In this document: positions 28,786-39,069 of the stretch, in pieces
Position numbering within the stretch: the stretch's first letter is position 1
How the letters are laid out: every line of letters starts with the position of its first letter
From: Treponema sp.
GTDB lineage: Bacteria; Spirochaetota; Spirochaetia; Treponematales; Treponemataceae
Reading direction: 5' to 3'
Length of the DNA stretch: 64,000 nt
Assembly (NCBI GenBank): GCA_038397965.1
Contig: JARGFA010000017.1
Location: forward strand, 50,959 to 114,958
Notes under the pieces: generated by a model
What the model saw: the letters and a program-made list of their open reading frames with translations, nothing else
Databases searched by the model: none
Told to the model about the DNA's origin: nothing
Translations under genes and position numbers: made by a program

Positions 28786-29625
28786 GTGATGGAAATAAAA
28801 GCCTCTGATGTAAAGGCGCTGCGTGAAAAAACCGGTGCCGGTATGATGGAATGTAAAAAAGCCTTGCAGGAATGCGGCGGGGATGCAAAAGAAGCGGAAA
28901 AATTTTTGAAAGAAAAAGGTCTTGCTGCTGTTGAAAAACGGGCAAACCGCGCCACCAGCGAAGGTATTATCGTTATCAAAACATCGGATTCAAAGGCCGT
29001 TATGGTTGAATTAACCTGTGAAACCGACTTTGTTGCTAAGAACACCGACTTTATTGCGGTAGGAGACAAGATTGCGGAAACGGCACTGGAAAAAGGCTAT
29101 ACCGATGTCCAGGAAGATTTGAATGCAATGATTCTTGAGCTGGCTACCCGCGTCCGTGAAAACATGGGGCTCAAACGCTTGACTGCCGTGAGTGCTGCAA
29201 ATGATGAATATATTGCGCACTATATTCACTCTGACAAAAAAACCGGAGTCATTGTGGTATTAAAAGCAGATAAGCCGGAAGTTTTTGCTAATAAAGCCTT
29301 TAAAGAGTTTGCGTATGACTGCTGTCTGCATACGGCTGCCTTCACACCGCTCTATGTTAAAAAAGACGATGTTGCACAGTCCTATATTGATGAACAGCTT
29401 GAAGTCTTTAGAGGGCAGGTTGCGGAGTTGGATAAGCCCGACAACGTAAAAGAAGGGATTGTAAAAGGAAAGCTGAATAAGCATTTAGCAGAGATATGCT
29501 TCTTAGAGCAAGCCTTCGTTAAAGATGACAAAATGTCCGTACAGGCAAAGATGCAGGAGGTTGGAAAACAGCTTGGTGCAGCACTCAGCCTGTCAAAACT
29601 GGTATTATATCAGCTTGGACAATAA
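28786..29625 (+). CDS. tsf: Elongation factor Ts
   Basis: VKALREKTGAGMMECKKAL and CETDFVAKN. Confidence 0.97.
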   Translation: MMEIKASDVKALREKTGAGMMECKKALQECGGDAKEAEKFLKEKGLAAVEKRANRATSEGIIVIKTSDSKAVMVELTCETDFVAKNTDFIAVGDKIAETALEKGYTDVQEDLNAMILELATRVRENMGLKRLTAVSAANDEYIAHYIHSDKKTGVIVVLKADKPEVFANKAFKEFAYDCCLHTAAFTPLYVKKDDVAQSYIDEQLEVFRGQVAELDKPDNVKEGIVKGKLNKHLAEICFLEQAFVKDDKMSVQAKMQEVGKQLGAALSLSKLVLYQLGQ

Positions 29626-29730
29626 TGGAATGGGGCTGCTGCTCCGTTCCGATTGCCGGAAATAGTGGACACAGTGTCTGTATTTCCGGCAGATACCTTT
29701 TGTCTGCATACTTTGATGATGAGGAATAAT

Positions 29731-30285
29731 ATGAGTGATATTCATAGTACCTATGAAGAAAAAATGAAAAAATCTATTGCGGCGTTGAAAGATGACTTTA
29801 ACGGGCTGCGTACGGGACGTGCATCTGCCTCTCTTTTTGATAAAATACGGGTTGACTGTTACGGGGAATTGACGCCGCTCAATCAAGTTGCCGGTATTTC
29901 CATTCCAGAAGCCCGTTTGGTGGTTATTCAGCCCTGGGATAAATCGCTGCTAGGGGAAATTGAAAAAGCGATTTTAAAGTCCGAATTATCTTTGAATCCT
30001 GCCAATGACGGAAAACTGATCCGTATTGCCATTCCCCCGTTGACCGAAGACCGCCGGAAAGAACTTGCCAAACAGGCGAAAACCCTTGCTGAACAGTGCC
30101 GTGTCGCAATCCGGAATATCCGCCGTGACGGTATTGATGAAGCAAAAAAAATGCAGAAAGAAGGGACACTCAGCGAGGATGGTTTAAAATCGGCAGAAGA
30201 TAAATTTCAAAAAGCTACTGATGCCCATATCGCCGATATTAATAAGATACTTGCCGAAAAGGAAAAAGAAATTCTGGAAGGATAA
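29731..30285 (+). CDS. frr: Ribosome recycling factor
   Basis: RTGRAS, PPLTEDRRKELAK and RNIRRD; start moved to ATG29731 after GAGGA. Confidence 0.96.
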   Translation: MSDIHSTYEEKMKKSIAALKDDFNGLRTGRASASLFDKIRVDCYGELTPLNQVAGISIPEARLVVIQPWDKSLLGEIEKAILKSELSLNPANDGKLIRIAIPPLTEDRRKELAKQAKTLAEQCRVAIRNIRRDGIDEAKKMQKEGTLSEDGLKSAEDKFQKATDAHIADINKILAEKEKEILEG

Positions 30286-30965
30286 TGGCATTACAGCATA
30301 TTGCCGTCGTTATGGACGGCAACGGGCGTTGGGCACAGCAGCAGGGACTGGCACGTACAAAGGGGCATCAAGAAGGTTTGGAGGCGGCAAAACGTATTGT
30401 AAAGGCGGCTTCCGATATGCGTATACCGTATATAACACTCTATGTTTTTTCAACTGAAAACTGGAAACGAACTCAGGATGAGGTCGGTTTTCTGATGATG
30501 CTAATAAAAAAGCATCTGCGTGCCGAGCTTGCGTTTTATGCTGAAAATAGGATAAAAGTAAAGCATATCGGAAATCTTCCTGCACTCCCGCGCGACATCC
30601 AATCGGAAATCTCCGATGTAATAGAAAAAACAAAAGAGTATACGGGAACTACCGTTCAGCTTGCAATTAATTACGGCGGAAAGGATGAAATTATCCGCGC
30701 AATAAAAAAGCTTGATCCGCGGCAGCTTAAACACTTGGATGAAGTCTCGTTTGACGATTTGCTTGATACTGCCGGTGTTCCTCCGGTAGATTTGGTAATC
30801 CGCACGGGGGGAGAAAAACGGTTAAGTAATTTTCTCCTGTGGCAGACGGCCTACGCTGAATTCTATGCTACCGATATTTTGTGGCCTGATTTTACTCCTG
30901 CACATTTTAAGGAAGCGGTGGACTTTTTTTACGGGAGAACCAGACGCTTTGGAGGAATTGTATGA
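30285..30965 (+). CDS. uppS: Undecaprenyl diphosphate synthase
   Basis: HIAVVMDGNGRW, FSTENWKR, RTGGEKRLSNFLLWQ, RRFGG. Confidence 0.96.
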   Translation: MALQHIAVVMDGNGRWAQQQGLARTKGHQEGLEAAKRIVKAASDMRIPYITLYVFSTENWKRTQDEVGFLMMLIKKHLRAELAFYAENRIKVKHIGNLPALPRDIQSEISDVIEKTKEYTGTTVQLAINYGGKDEIIRAIKKLDPRQLKHLDEVSFDDLLDTAGVPPVDLVIRTGGEKRLSNFLLWQTAYAEFYATDILWPDFTPAHFKEAVDFFYGRTRRFGGIV

Positions 30966-31810
30966 AAAAGATTTTGGAGCGGTTGACGGTTTTTTTTATC
31001 GGCTTGCCTCTTATTTTAAGTTCCGTGTATTTTTTACCGCAGTATCATTTTCTTTTTTTGCATCTCGAAATTTTTCTTGTCAGTGCGGTTGCCGTGATTG
31101 AAGTTCATGCACTGTTATCCCGGCGGATTGCAGTGTATTCTATTCCGTTTTTTCTGATTATCGGGTTAGTACTGCCGCTTGCCTCCTATTTGAATATGCT
31201 TACCGTTTTTCCGCGTACAAGCTATCTTATCATCCTTACCGCGCTATTTTATTTTATCTTTTTTATTGAAATTTTTTATTCGTTTTCAAAACCGCTCAAT
31301 AGAAGTATTCAGCGGATGTGTTCTGCCGTATTTATTATGTTCTATCCGGGTTTTTTTATGGCATTTATTTCCGGTATGACCCGGTGGCCGTCGGCATCAA
31401 ATACTATAACCATATTTTTACTGATGGTTTTTATCTGTGATTCGATGGCATGGCTGTGCGGTATGCTTTTTGGAAAAAGAAACCGCGGTATCATTCCGGC
31501 AAGTCCGAATAAGAGTTTGGCTGGTTTCATCGGCGGAATTATCGCCTCGGTTGCAGCCGGTCTCATTGCGTATCTCGTATTTCCGGAAACGTTCGGTAAA
31601 AGTCTTGCAGGTTCGCTGTTTACCGGGTTTTGCACTGCACTTGCCGCCATTATCGGCGATCTTGTTGAATCTATTCTAAAGCGTTCGGCAGATGTCAAGG
31701 ATTCGGGCGCGGTTATTCTTGGGCGGGGCGGTATCATGGATAGTATCGATTCCATCCTGCTGGGTGCCCCCGTTTTTTATCTCTGTTACCGCTTCTGTAT
31801 CGGATTATAA
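30962..31810 (+). CDS. cdsA: Phosphatidate cytidylyltransferase
   Basis: SPNKSLAG, GDLVESILKRSADVKDSG and GRGGIMDSIDS. Confidence 0.93.
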   Translation: MKKILERLTVFFIGLPLILSSVYFLPQYHFLFLHLEIFLVSAVAVIEVHALLSRRIAVYSIPFFLIIGLVLPLASYLNMLTVFPRTSYLIILTALFYFIFFIEIFYSFSKPLNRSIQRMCSAVFIMFYPGFFMAFISGMTRWPSASNTITIFLLMVFICDSMAWLCGMLFGKRNRGIIPASPNKSLAGFIGGIIASVAAGLIAYLVFPETFGKSLAGSLFTGFCTALAAIIGDLVESILKRSADVKDSGAVILGRGGIMDSIDSILLGAPVFYLCYRFCIGL

Positions 31811-31820
31811 AAAGGACTAT

Positions 31821-32948
31821 ATGCAAAAACGGGTGATTGTGCTGGGAGCAAGCGGAAGTATCGGAAGAAATACCATCGAAATTATCCGCTGTTTTCCTGA
31901 CCGGTTTGTACTTGCCGGTGTTTCGGTTCATTCAAATAGTGCTGAACTTGAACGTCTTCGTGCGGAATTTCATTTTGATGATTTTGTTATTACGATGCCC
32001 GGCGGTGCTGACGGATATGATAAAAAACATTTTGATCTTGAACGCTTTTTGTCGGAAACTGACGCGGATATCACTGTCAACGGTATCGCAGGGGCCGCGG
32101 GCTTAGCTGCATCGCTTATTGCGGTGAAGAATCAGCCGGTACTTGCCTTGGCAAATAAAGAAACGGTGGTGATGGCCGGCGCTCTGCTACGGAAAGAGGC
32201 GGAAAAATACGGCACCCTGATTATTCCGGTAGATTCCGAACACGCTGCCTTGCATAGTCTGGTTTCCGCTTACGGTAAAGAAAATATTGAAAAACTTATT
32301 CTTACCGCTTCGGGCGGACCCTTTAGAACATGGCCGCGGGAACGAATACAAAAGGCGGTATGTGCCGATGCCCTCAAGCATCCCACATGGAAAATGGGGG
32401 CAAAAATAACCGTTGATTCCGCTTCTATGGCGAATAAGGCGCTTGAAGTTATTGAGGCGGTGAATTTATTTGATATTCCTGCTTCGCGGATTTCGGTAAC
32501 CGTGCATCCGTCAAGTATTGTTCATTCGCTCGTGCAGCTGATAAGCGGAACGGTGTATGCTCAGCTTTCACTGCCGGATATGCGTAATCCTATTTTTTCC
32601 GCTTTAGCCTATCCTGAAGAACCTCCGCCTTATCTGACACCGCTTGACTTTACGCAGCCCCTTGATTTGCATTTTGAACCTCCCAGACTTGAAGACTTTC
32701 CGCTGCTTTCACTCGGCTTTACTGCAGCCGATAAACTGGCAGGCTATCCCATCGCTTTTAATGCCGCGAATGAACAGGCTGTTGCCGCTTTTTTGCAGGG
32801 ACAGCTCTGCTTTGGCCATTTAGCGGAAATAACCGGCTCGGTAATGCAAAAAAACTGGTCTGCCCAGCCTGCTGATGTTCAGGCAGTTCTGGAAACCGAT
32901 GCGGCCGCCCGCCGGTATGCGGACGAATATATTCATGAATATCTTTAA
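31821..32948 (+). CDS. dxr: 1-deoxy-D-xylulose 5-phosphate reductoisomerase
   Basis: LGASGSIG, LANKE, PVDSEH, LTASGGPF, HPTWKMGAKITVDSA; start moved to ATG31821. Confidence 0.96.
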   Translation: MQKRVIVLGASGSIGRNTIEIIRCFPDRFVLAGVSVHSNSAELERLRAEFHFDDFVITMPGGADGYDKKHFDLERFLSETDADITVNGIAGAAGLAASLIAVKNQPVLALANKETVVMAGALLRKEAEKYGTLIIPVDSEHAALHSLVSAYGKENIEKLILTASGGPFRTWPRERIQKAVCADALKHPTWKMGAKITVDSASMANKALEVIEAVNLFDIPASRISVTVHPSSIVHSLVQLISGTVYAQLSLPDMRNPIFSALAYPEEPPPYLTPLDFTQPLDLHFEPPRLEDFPLLSLGFTAADKLAGYPIAFNAANEQAVAAFLQGQLCFGHLAEITGSVMQKNWSAQPADVQAVLETDAAARRYADEYIHEYL

Positions 32949-32965
32949 ATTGAGGATATCCGCAG

Positions 32966-34318
32966 ATGTTTAAATTTTTTATAGGTCTATTGGTACTCGG
33001 CCTTGTAGTATTTATCCACGAACTGGGACATTTTTTTGCCGCAAAAATTTTTGGTGTAACCGTTGAAAGTTTTTCCATCGGATGGGGGCCGGTTATTTTC
33101 CGTAAAAAAAAAGGAGTTACGGAATACCGGCTTTCCGCCATACCTCTCGGCGGTTATTGCGGTATGAAAGGCGAATATGCTTTTAGAGAAGCACTAGATA
33201 AAAAACTGCCTGAGGTACCGAAAGAGGAGGGGAGCTTGTTTTCCGTGCATCCGTTTAAGCGGATGCTGATTGCTTTTGCAGGCCCCTTTGCAAACCTCTT
33301 ACTTGCTGCAGCAGTGCTTTCTATAGTCAGTGCACTTGGTCAAACCTATTATACTACTGATAACCGTATTATTCCCGTCTATCATTTTGAAGCCGATGAT
33401 ACATCACCTGCACGGACAGCAGATTTAAAGGCCGGAGACCGGATTACGGACATTAACGGCCGAAAAATCGATACCTTTGCCGACATACAGCAGGTGATTG
33501 CCGTTCATCCTGAAGAAGAATTGATACTTGTGATTGAGCGCGGCGGTGAGCGGCTGACTAAAGCAATCAGACCGGTCTTAAATAAAAAGACCGGATCCGG
33601 GCAAATCGGTATTTACCGGTATATTCCCTTGGAAATTGCCGCAGTCCGTAAAGATTCGGCTGCAGATCTTGCAGGCATTTTGCCGGACGACCGGATTATT
33701 GCAATAGATGGAACCGCTGTTGATAATCAAATAGCATTAACCTATTTTTTTAAAGGTTATGCCGAAAAAACCGCTCTGATCCGGCTGGTGCGCAGCGGGG
33801 ATACCGTAGAGCTTCCGGTGAATCTTGTCCGGACTGAAAACGGCAGTATTGATCTCGGCCTTGAATGGAAGTTCCTCAAAATAACGGAGGAGGGTACCGG
33901 TTTTCTCCGCAGTATCGGTAAAGGGGTCCTGCGGACTGGAGCGCTTATGCACGTTACAGTAAAAAGTTTCACTTTTCTGTTTAAAGGCATCAATGTCAGC
34001 GAAGCGGTTGCCGGCCCGGTCAGAATCAGTTCTCTTATCGGCAGTATTGCAAAAGAAAGTTTCGGCGAAAATATACGCGCAGGAATCGTTAATGTATCGG
34101 AAATTGTTGCAGTGATCTGTGTGTCTCTGTTTTTAATGAATCTGCTGCCCATTCCGATTTTAGACGGCGGACTTATTCTTTTTGCGCTTATCGAATGTCT
34201 GTTCCGCAAGCAAATCCATCCCCGTATCTTATATTATGTGCAGTTTATTGGTATTGCGTTTATTGCTGTATTGTTTTTCTTTGCAATATGGACTGATATT
34301 CTCTTTATTATGAAATAA
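32966..34318 (+). CDS. rseP: RIP metalloprotease RseP (M50, PDZ domains)
   Basis: HELGH, AGPFAN and NLLPIPILDGG. Confidence 0.94.
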   Translation: MFKFFIGLLVLGLVVFIHELGHFFAAKIFGVTVESFSIGWGPVIFRKKKGVTEYRLSAIPLGGYCGMKGEYAFREALDKKLPEVPKEEGSLFSVHPFKRMLIAFAGPFANLLLAAAVLSIVSALGQTYYTTDNRIIPVYHFEADDTSPARTADLKAGDRITDINGRKIDTFADIQQVIAVHPEEELILVIERGGERLTKAIRPVLNKKTGSGQIGIYRYIPLEIAAVRKDSAADLAGILPDDRIIAIDGTAVDNQIALTYFFKGYAEKTALIRLVRSGDTVELPVNLVRTENGSIDLGLEWKFLKITEEGTGFLRSIGKGVLRTGALMHVTVKSFTFLFKGINVSEAVAGPVRISSLIGSIAKESFGENIRAGIVNVSEIVAVICVSLFLMNLLPIPILDGGLILFALIECLFRKQIHPRILYYVQFIGIAFIAVLFFFAIWTDILFIMK

Positions 34319-34357
34319 CGGTATGTAGATAAAAGCGTTTGACTTTTTATTGGAGAT

Positions 34358-35026
34358 GTGATGCAGAAAATTACCTGTAAATGTGATTACTCTTTTGATG
34401 TTGATTATGATAAAACCATTGATTTGGATGCGCAGCCCGCACTCAAGTCTCTTATCACATCGGGCCGGTTTTTATCCTATCTGTGTCCTTCATGCAATGC
34501 AAAGGTAAATATTGAACTGGAAACCGAATGTGTCTGGAAATCCAAGAATACCGTGCTGCTTTTTGTACCTGAGAAAAAACGTATGGAATGCCTTGCTTTT
34601 TGTGCAGGAGCCGTGCGCGTCGATGCTGAAAGCAACAAAAGAATAAAAACCGAGGTTGTTAAGCAGGGGCAAACGCCTGTGATCGGATACCCTGAATTTG
34701 CCGACCGTGTGGCGGTACTTGATGCGGGGTTAATTCCCGAAGTTGTTGAAGCCGTAAAGTTTTTTTTACTTGATAGTGCAAAAAACATTAAAGGAAAACA
34801 TATTCAAATGTTATTTGAGACCCGCATCGGTACCGATGCTTTGGAGTTCCATGTTCATGGCCTGAAAGAACAGGAAGTTGCAGTCATGCGGGTGCCGTTT
34901 AGTCTGTACGAATCGGTGAAACAAGACCGGGAGCAGCATAAACAAACAGAAGTCTTTGAAGCGCTCTATCTCGGCCCCTATCTTTCATATAAAAATATTC
35001 ATACCCAAGGAGCAGAAGATGTATAA
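34358..35026 (+). CDS. CpXC domain protein
   Basis: N-terminal ITCKC and CPSC zinc-knuckle-like pairs. Confidence 0.75.
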   Translation: MMQKITCKCDYSFDVDYDKTIDLDAQPALKSLITSGRFLSYLCPSCNAKVNIELETECVWKSKNTVLLFVPEKKRMECLAFCAGAVRVDAESNKRIKTEVVKQGQTPVIGYPEFADRVAVLDAGLIPEVVEAVKFFLLDSAKNIKGKHIQMLFETRIGTDALEFHVHGLKEQEVAVMRVPFSLYESVKQDREQHKQTEVFEALYLGPYLSYKNIHTQGAEDV

Positions 35027-37175
35027 GCAGCTCAGATATGTCAGCGGTTGTCTCCTGCTGCTGTTCCTGATCTCTACCGCCTCTGCGCAGCCGGCAGACA
35101 GCAGCGGACAGTCTGCTGCCGGCAAGGCCGAAGGGACAGCCGTGCAGACGGAGGCTGTTTTGCACGATACGGAAACTGCGGAAACCGGGACCGTAAAAAC
35201 CGGCACGGATAACCCTGAGCAGCCTGAGGATGGAGAGGGAACACCTGATCAAACACCTCATGTTCAACAACAAGATGCGCCGGCTGCTCCGGAAGAATCC
35301 GCAGATGAGGGGGCAGGGGACGAAGAACCGGAAGAACAGCCCCGCTTACTGGCCGGTCTTCCCGTGAAGGATGTAAGCCGCCGGACACAGATTGTCCGCC
35401 GTTTTGCAGGAGGGGTTTCTGCGATTGCCGATTCAGCTGCTACCCGCTCTTTTTTTGCGGCGGGTAAAGACGGGTTTATTACCCGCTATAGCTACGGCCG
35501 CTTGAGGCCTGAAACCTGGCAGGTTTCAGCATTGCCGGTTAAACTGATCGCCGTACATCCGAAAAAAAACTATATCGCCGTGTATGAAACGGACGGCTTT
35601 AGCGTCCATAAAATTTCACTGTGGGATTGGCAGGCAAAAAAACAGCTGTATGTAAAGCGTTTTTCCAACTCTGTTCTTTCTCTTGCTTGGTCTGCTCAAG
35701 GTTCATATCTTTTTATTGGTACCGCTTCGGCAGAAGGGATTACCGTATTGGATGTACGGGGAAATGTAAAAAAAGTTTACCCGCGGCCTCCGGGCATCGT
35801 ACTGCTTGCAGCGACCGGCCCGAGCGAAAAGAGTATTGTAACATACGGAGAAACAGGCAGATTGGTTTATGCCGATATTGCAAAGCGGTCTATTCTAACT
35901 CAATATGAGACCGAAGACCGGCTGCAAAGTCCTGAACTGTTTAAAAACTATACGCGCATTGCCGGATATAAGAACGGTACTGTTGTTGTGATAAAAGCCG
36001 CCTCCGGCGAAATACTGGAAACCTATCCGGCACGTTCGGCATTGTTTGCAGGAAAAATAACCGACACGCTGCCCGTATGGATAGAAGAAGGAGAGGTGCG
36101 GTTTAGCTGGTATCTCTGTCAAGGAGAAAAAAAATCCCCGGCTTTTACACTGCCGTATCAGGCGCGTATTACGGCTGCCCGTCATGTGGATGCAGCGATT
36201 GTCATCGGTACCGATGACGGCAGACTCTACCGTTTGCAGCAGGGCTCCGATGCTGCCGTTACTCTTACCGAAATTAATAAAGATACCGCTTTACCGGTCA
36301 GCGACATTTGTGTCAAAGATTCTACGGTGTATATGCTTGCGGGTACGGTACTCTATGCTGCCGATGCACCTGCCGAAGAACCTCAGCCGCTTATCACTGA
36401 TATTACCGCACAGCGCTGTACTCCTTACGGCAGCGGATTTTTATTATGGTCAGATACAAAGACAGCTCCGCTTTATTATGCTGAAGCCGGCTCTGAACCA
36501 TCGGTTTTGTACCGTCCGCGGGAACCGCTTCATGCACTTTCCGTGTACGGTACCACTATTGCGGCCGTACATTCTTTTGGAAGGCTTATTCTGCTTGACG
36601 GAAAAAGCGGCAAACAGCTTTTTGAATATCAGGCCGCCGGTTTACAGGAAGCGGTGCAGATTGACGGCACCTTTATACTGGTTTCAAAAACTGCCGGCGG
36701 AACCGTACAGAAGCCGCTTTTGCTCATCAATACCGCAACAGGTGAAACTATTCCCCTCGGTCTGGAGGGAGAAGTGGCATTTTCATTACACGCAAGTAAT
36801 CAGCACCGGAATGCTTTTTCTTGTTTAAGGATGAAAGGCGGTGATGCGGCGCAAACTGGTATGGTGATGATGAATATCAACCCTCTGCATCCTGCGCGCA
36901 GCAATTTCAGTACCCTTCTGAGTTATGATGATGAAGATATATCCGCCTCCCTCTATGATGAGGGAAATGCGGCTGTAACCAATCTGGGGCAGGGGCAAGC
37001 AGTTTATTACGATAAAAACAGAAAAAAAGTATCCCGTTTGATGAGGGATTATGCCTTACCCCGGCGGTTGTTTTTAACTCCATCCTATATTATTAGTGTT
37101 AATTATGACGGTTCTCTTTCTTGGTTTCAGCGGCGCTCCCTGCAGCTGCTGGAGAACTACCGTCTAATGCAGTAG
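35019..37175 (+). CDS. Exported WD40/beta-propeller protein
   Basis: Signal peptide, acidic linker, WD-like repeats (AGKDGFI, ISLWDW); start moved to ATG35019; 3' end overlaps pcnB. Confidence 0.75.
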   Translation: MYKQLRYVSGCLLLLFLISTASAQPADSSGQSAAGKAEGTAVQTEAVLHDTETAETGTVKTGTDNPEQPEDGEGTPDQTPHVQQQDAPAAPEESADEGAGDEEPEEQPRLLAGLPVKDVSRRTQIVRRFAGGVSAIADSAATRSFFAAGKDGFITRYSYGRLRPETWQVSALPVKLIAVHPKKNYIAVYETDGFSVHKISLWDWQAKKQLYVKRFSNSVLSLAWSAQGSYLFIGTASAEGITVLDVRGNVKKVYPRPPGIVLLAATGPSEKSIVTYGETGRLVYADIAKRSILTQYETEDRLQSPELFKNYTRIAGYKNGTVVVIKAASGEILETYPARSALFAGKITDTLPVWIEEGEVRFSWYLCQGEKKSPAFTLPYQARITAARHVDAAIVIGTDDGRLYRLQQGSDAAVTLTEINKDTALPVSDICVKDSTVYMLAGTVLYAADAPAEEPQPLITDITAQRCTPYGSGFLLWSDTKTAPLYYAEAGSEPSVLYRPREPLHALSVYGTTIAAVHSFGRLILLDGKSGKQLFEYQAAGLQEAVQIDGTFILVSKTAGGTVQKPLLLINTATGETIPLGLEGEVAFSLHASNQHRNAFSCLRMKGGDAAQTGMVMMNINPLHPARSNFSTLLSYDDEDISASLYDEGNAAVTNLGQGQAVYYDKNRKKVSRLMRDYALPRRLFLTPSYIISVNYDGSLSWFQRRSLQLLENYRLMQ

Positions 37176-38328
37176 TTTTTCTCCGCTTTCCCGCATACCG
37201 TCCGCCTTGTTTGGAGCTGCCGCTTTGGCGTGTTCCCCGCTGGCGGCGGGAAGGCGGCGCTTCCTTTGTCTTGGTTGCGGCCGTTAGCCGGATATCCAAT
37301 CCCCCTGTGCGTAAAAAAGATTTAACTGCATATTCGAGTTCAATGCGCTGAGGATTCATCGGGAGAACAAAATGCCGGCATTCGGCATATACTGTTTTGT
37401 ATACACTGCGGGGATCACCCTCCCAATCAGTAATGAGCTGTGAAAAATCTTTAATAAAATAAAACAATGCCTGTCCCTGCCGCTGAATTTTATGTTCTTT
37501 GATCAGTGTATCTAATGCGTGCATACTGGCAAAATAATGTTCTGCAAAATTCGGCGAATCTTCAATAAAAGCAAAAGCTGAGGGTTGTAAATATAGGAAC
37601 AGACGGTATTTCATTAGTATCCTGAAAATATCGGCTGCATGGCCGCTCATTAAGATTTTATTGATTTCTTCGGTTAAGCGTGAAGGAGAAACATACTCCA
37701 AAAGCGGGGCATCGCGGTGTAAGCGGTAGCGGAGTAATAAGGGAATGGTCGCTTCTGTGATGGTTGCGTATTTGACTGCCCGGAGCATCCGCACCGGATC
37801 TTCTACAAAAATATCTGAAAGACTGATAATGGGCTGAAGACGTTTTTTTCGAATATCTTCTACCCCTCCTACATAGTCAATAATAATATTTTTGATGGGA
37901 TCATAATAGAGGGCATTCAGTGTAAAGTCACGCCGCAGTACATCTTCATCTATGCTTCCGAACATATTGCCGACCGTTCCTTCTTCCAGGGATCGGAATG
38001 TAGAGACTTCATAGATTTTCTGTCCATAAAACACATGAACGAGCCGGAACCGTTTGCCGATAATCCGGGAATTTTTAAAAATTTTCCGGATGCGTGCAGG
38101 TTCTGCAGATGTGGTAATGTCAAAATCTTTTGGCAGTTTTCCGATAAGCAGATCACGTACTGCCCCTCCGACGATGTAGGCATCGTATCCGGCACGATGC
38201 AAACCGGCAATAATTCTGATTGCCTCAGAGTCTACCTTTTTGGGATCAATTCCGTGTTCATTGGGTGTATATACGAGGGCTTTTTTTACTTGCTTGCCTT
38301 TTTCGTTTTGATTATATCGTACTAACAT
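37099..38328 (-). CDS. pcnB: Poly(A) polymerase PcnB
   Basis: VGGAVRDLL, PKDFDI, GKRFRLVHV, RRDFTLNALYY, EDPVRMLRA. Confidence 0.92.
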   Translation of the reverse strand: MLVRYNQNEKGKQVKKALVYTPNEHGIDPKKVDSEAIRIIAGLHRAGYDAYIVGGAVRDLLIGKLPKDFDITTSAEPARIRKIFKNSRIIGKRFRLVHVFYGQKIYEVSTFRSLEEGTVGNMFGSIDEDVLRRDFTLNALYYDPIKNIIIDYVGGVEDIRKKRLQPIISLSDIFVEDPVRMLRAVKYATITEATIPLLLRYRLHRDAPLLEYVSPSRLTEEINKILMSGHAADIFRILMKYRLFLYLQPSAFAFIEDSPNFAEHYFASMHALDTLIKEHKIQRQGQALFYFIKDFSQLITDWEGDPRSVYKTVYAECRHFVLPMNPQRIELEYAVKSFLRTGGLDIRLTAATKTKEAPPSRRQRGTRQSGSSKQGGRYAGKRRKTTALDGSSPAAAGSAAETKKENRHN

Positions 38329-38452
38329 TATAGGGTGGTATTGTGCCGTGAATTTACAATTCTGTCAATGTGATTTCCGTATCCTACTAGACATTATGTA
38401 TGTTTTCTACTACCATTTTAGTCATTAATTCTTAATGATATGGAGTAATTCT

Positions 38453-39019
38453 ATGGAAAATCTTATCGGATCAAAAATTATGGACTTTTCGCTCCCGGCC
38501 TACTGCAAGGGAAAATTTACAACTGTTTCAAGTAAAGATTTACGCGGCAGCTGGGCAGTGCTTGTCTTTTATCCTGCGGATTTTACCTTTGTATGTCCCA
38601 CTGAATTATCGGACTTAGGAAAACTGTATCCTGAATTCGAAAAAATCGGCTGTAAGGTATTCTCAGTGTCCACCGACACTGAATTTGTACATAAGGCATG
38701 GGCTGATGTTACCCCGACTATCGGTAATCTTCCTTACGAAATGATTTCCGATAAGACCGGTGCCCTTGCTGCTTCTTTAGGCATTCTCATTTCCGAATCA
38801 TGGCTTGCACTCCGCGGCTCATTTGTTATTGATCCTGACGGCATCATCAAGGCTTATGAAGTCCATGATAACGGTATCGGCCGCGATGCGTCGGAGCTGC
38901 TTCGGAAGGTTCAGGCTGCTCAATTTGTTGCAGCCCACGGCGATCAGGTCTGCCCTGCACGCTGGCGTCCGGGTGAAAAAACTCTTTCACCCTCCATTGA
39001 CTTAATCGGCAAAATTTAA
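38453..39019 (+). CDS. ahpC: 2-Cys peroxiredoxin AhpC
   Basis: FYPADFTFVCPTE and VCPA; start moved to ATG38453. Confidence 0.95.
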   Translation: MENLIGSKIMDFSLPAYCKGKFTTVSSKDLRGSWAVLVFYPADFTFVCPTELSDLGKLYPEFEKIGCKVFSVSTDTEFVHKAWADVTPTIGNLPYEMISDKTGALAASLGILISESWLALRGSFVIDPDGIIKAYEVHDNGIGRDASELLRKVQAAQFVAAHGDQVCPARWRPGEKTLSPSIDLIGKI

Positions 39020-39069
39020 GCTGGATACGGGGAGGCTGCCCCTTATGTGAGAAGCGGTATCGGCTCGGT

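Noticed and set aside
28786-30285. pyrH absent between tsf and frr
   Set aside because: As I recall, direct tsf-frr adjacency is the usual treponemal arrangement, so it is not novel.
37099-37175. 77-bp convergent overlap of the WD40 gene and pcnB
   Set aside because: Both tails are poorly conserved low-complexity extensions; such overlaps are common in compact genomes.
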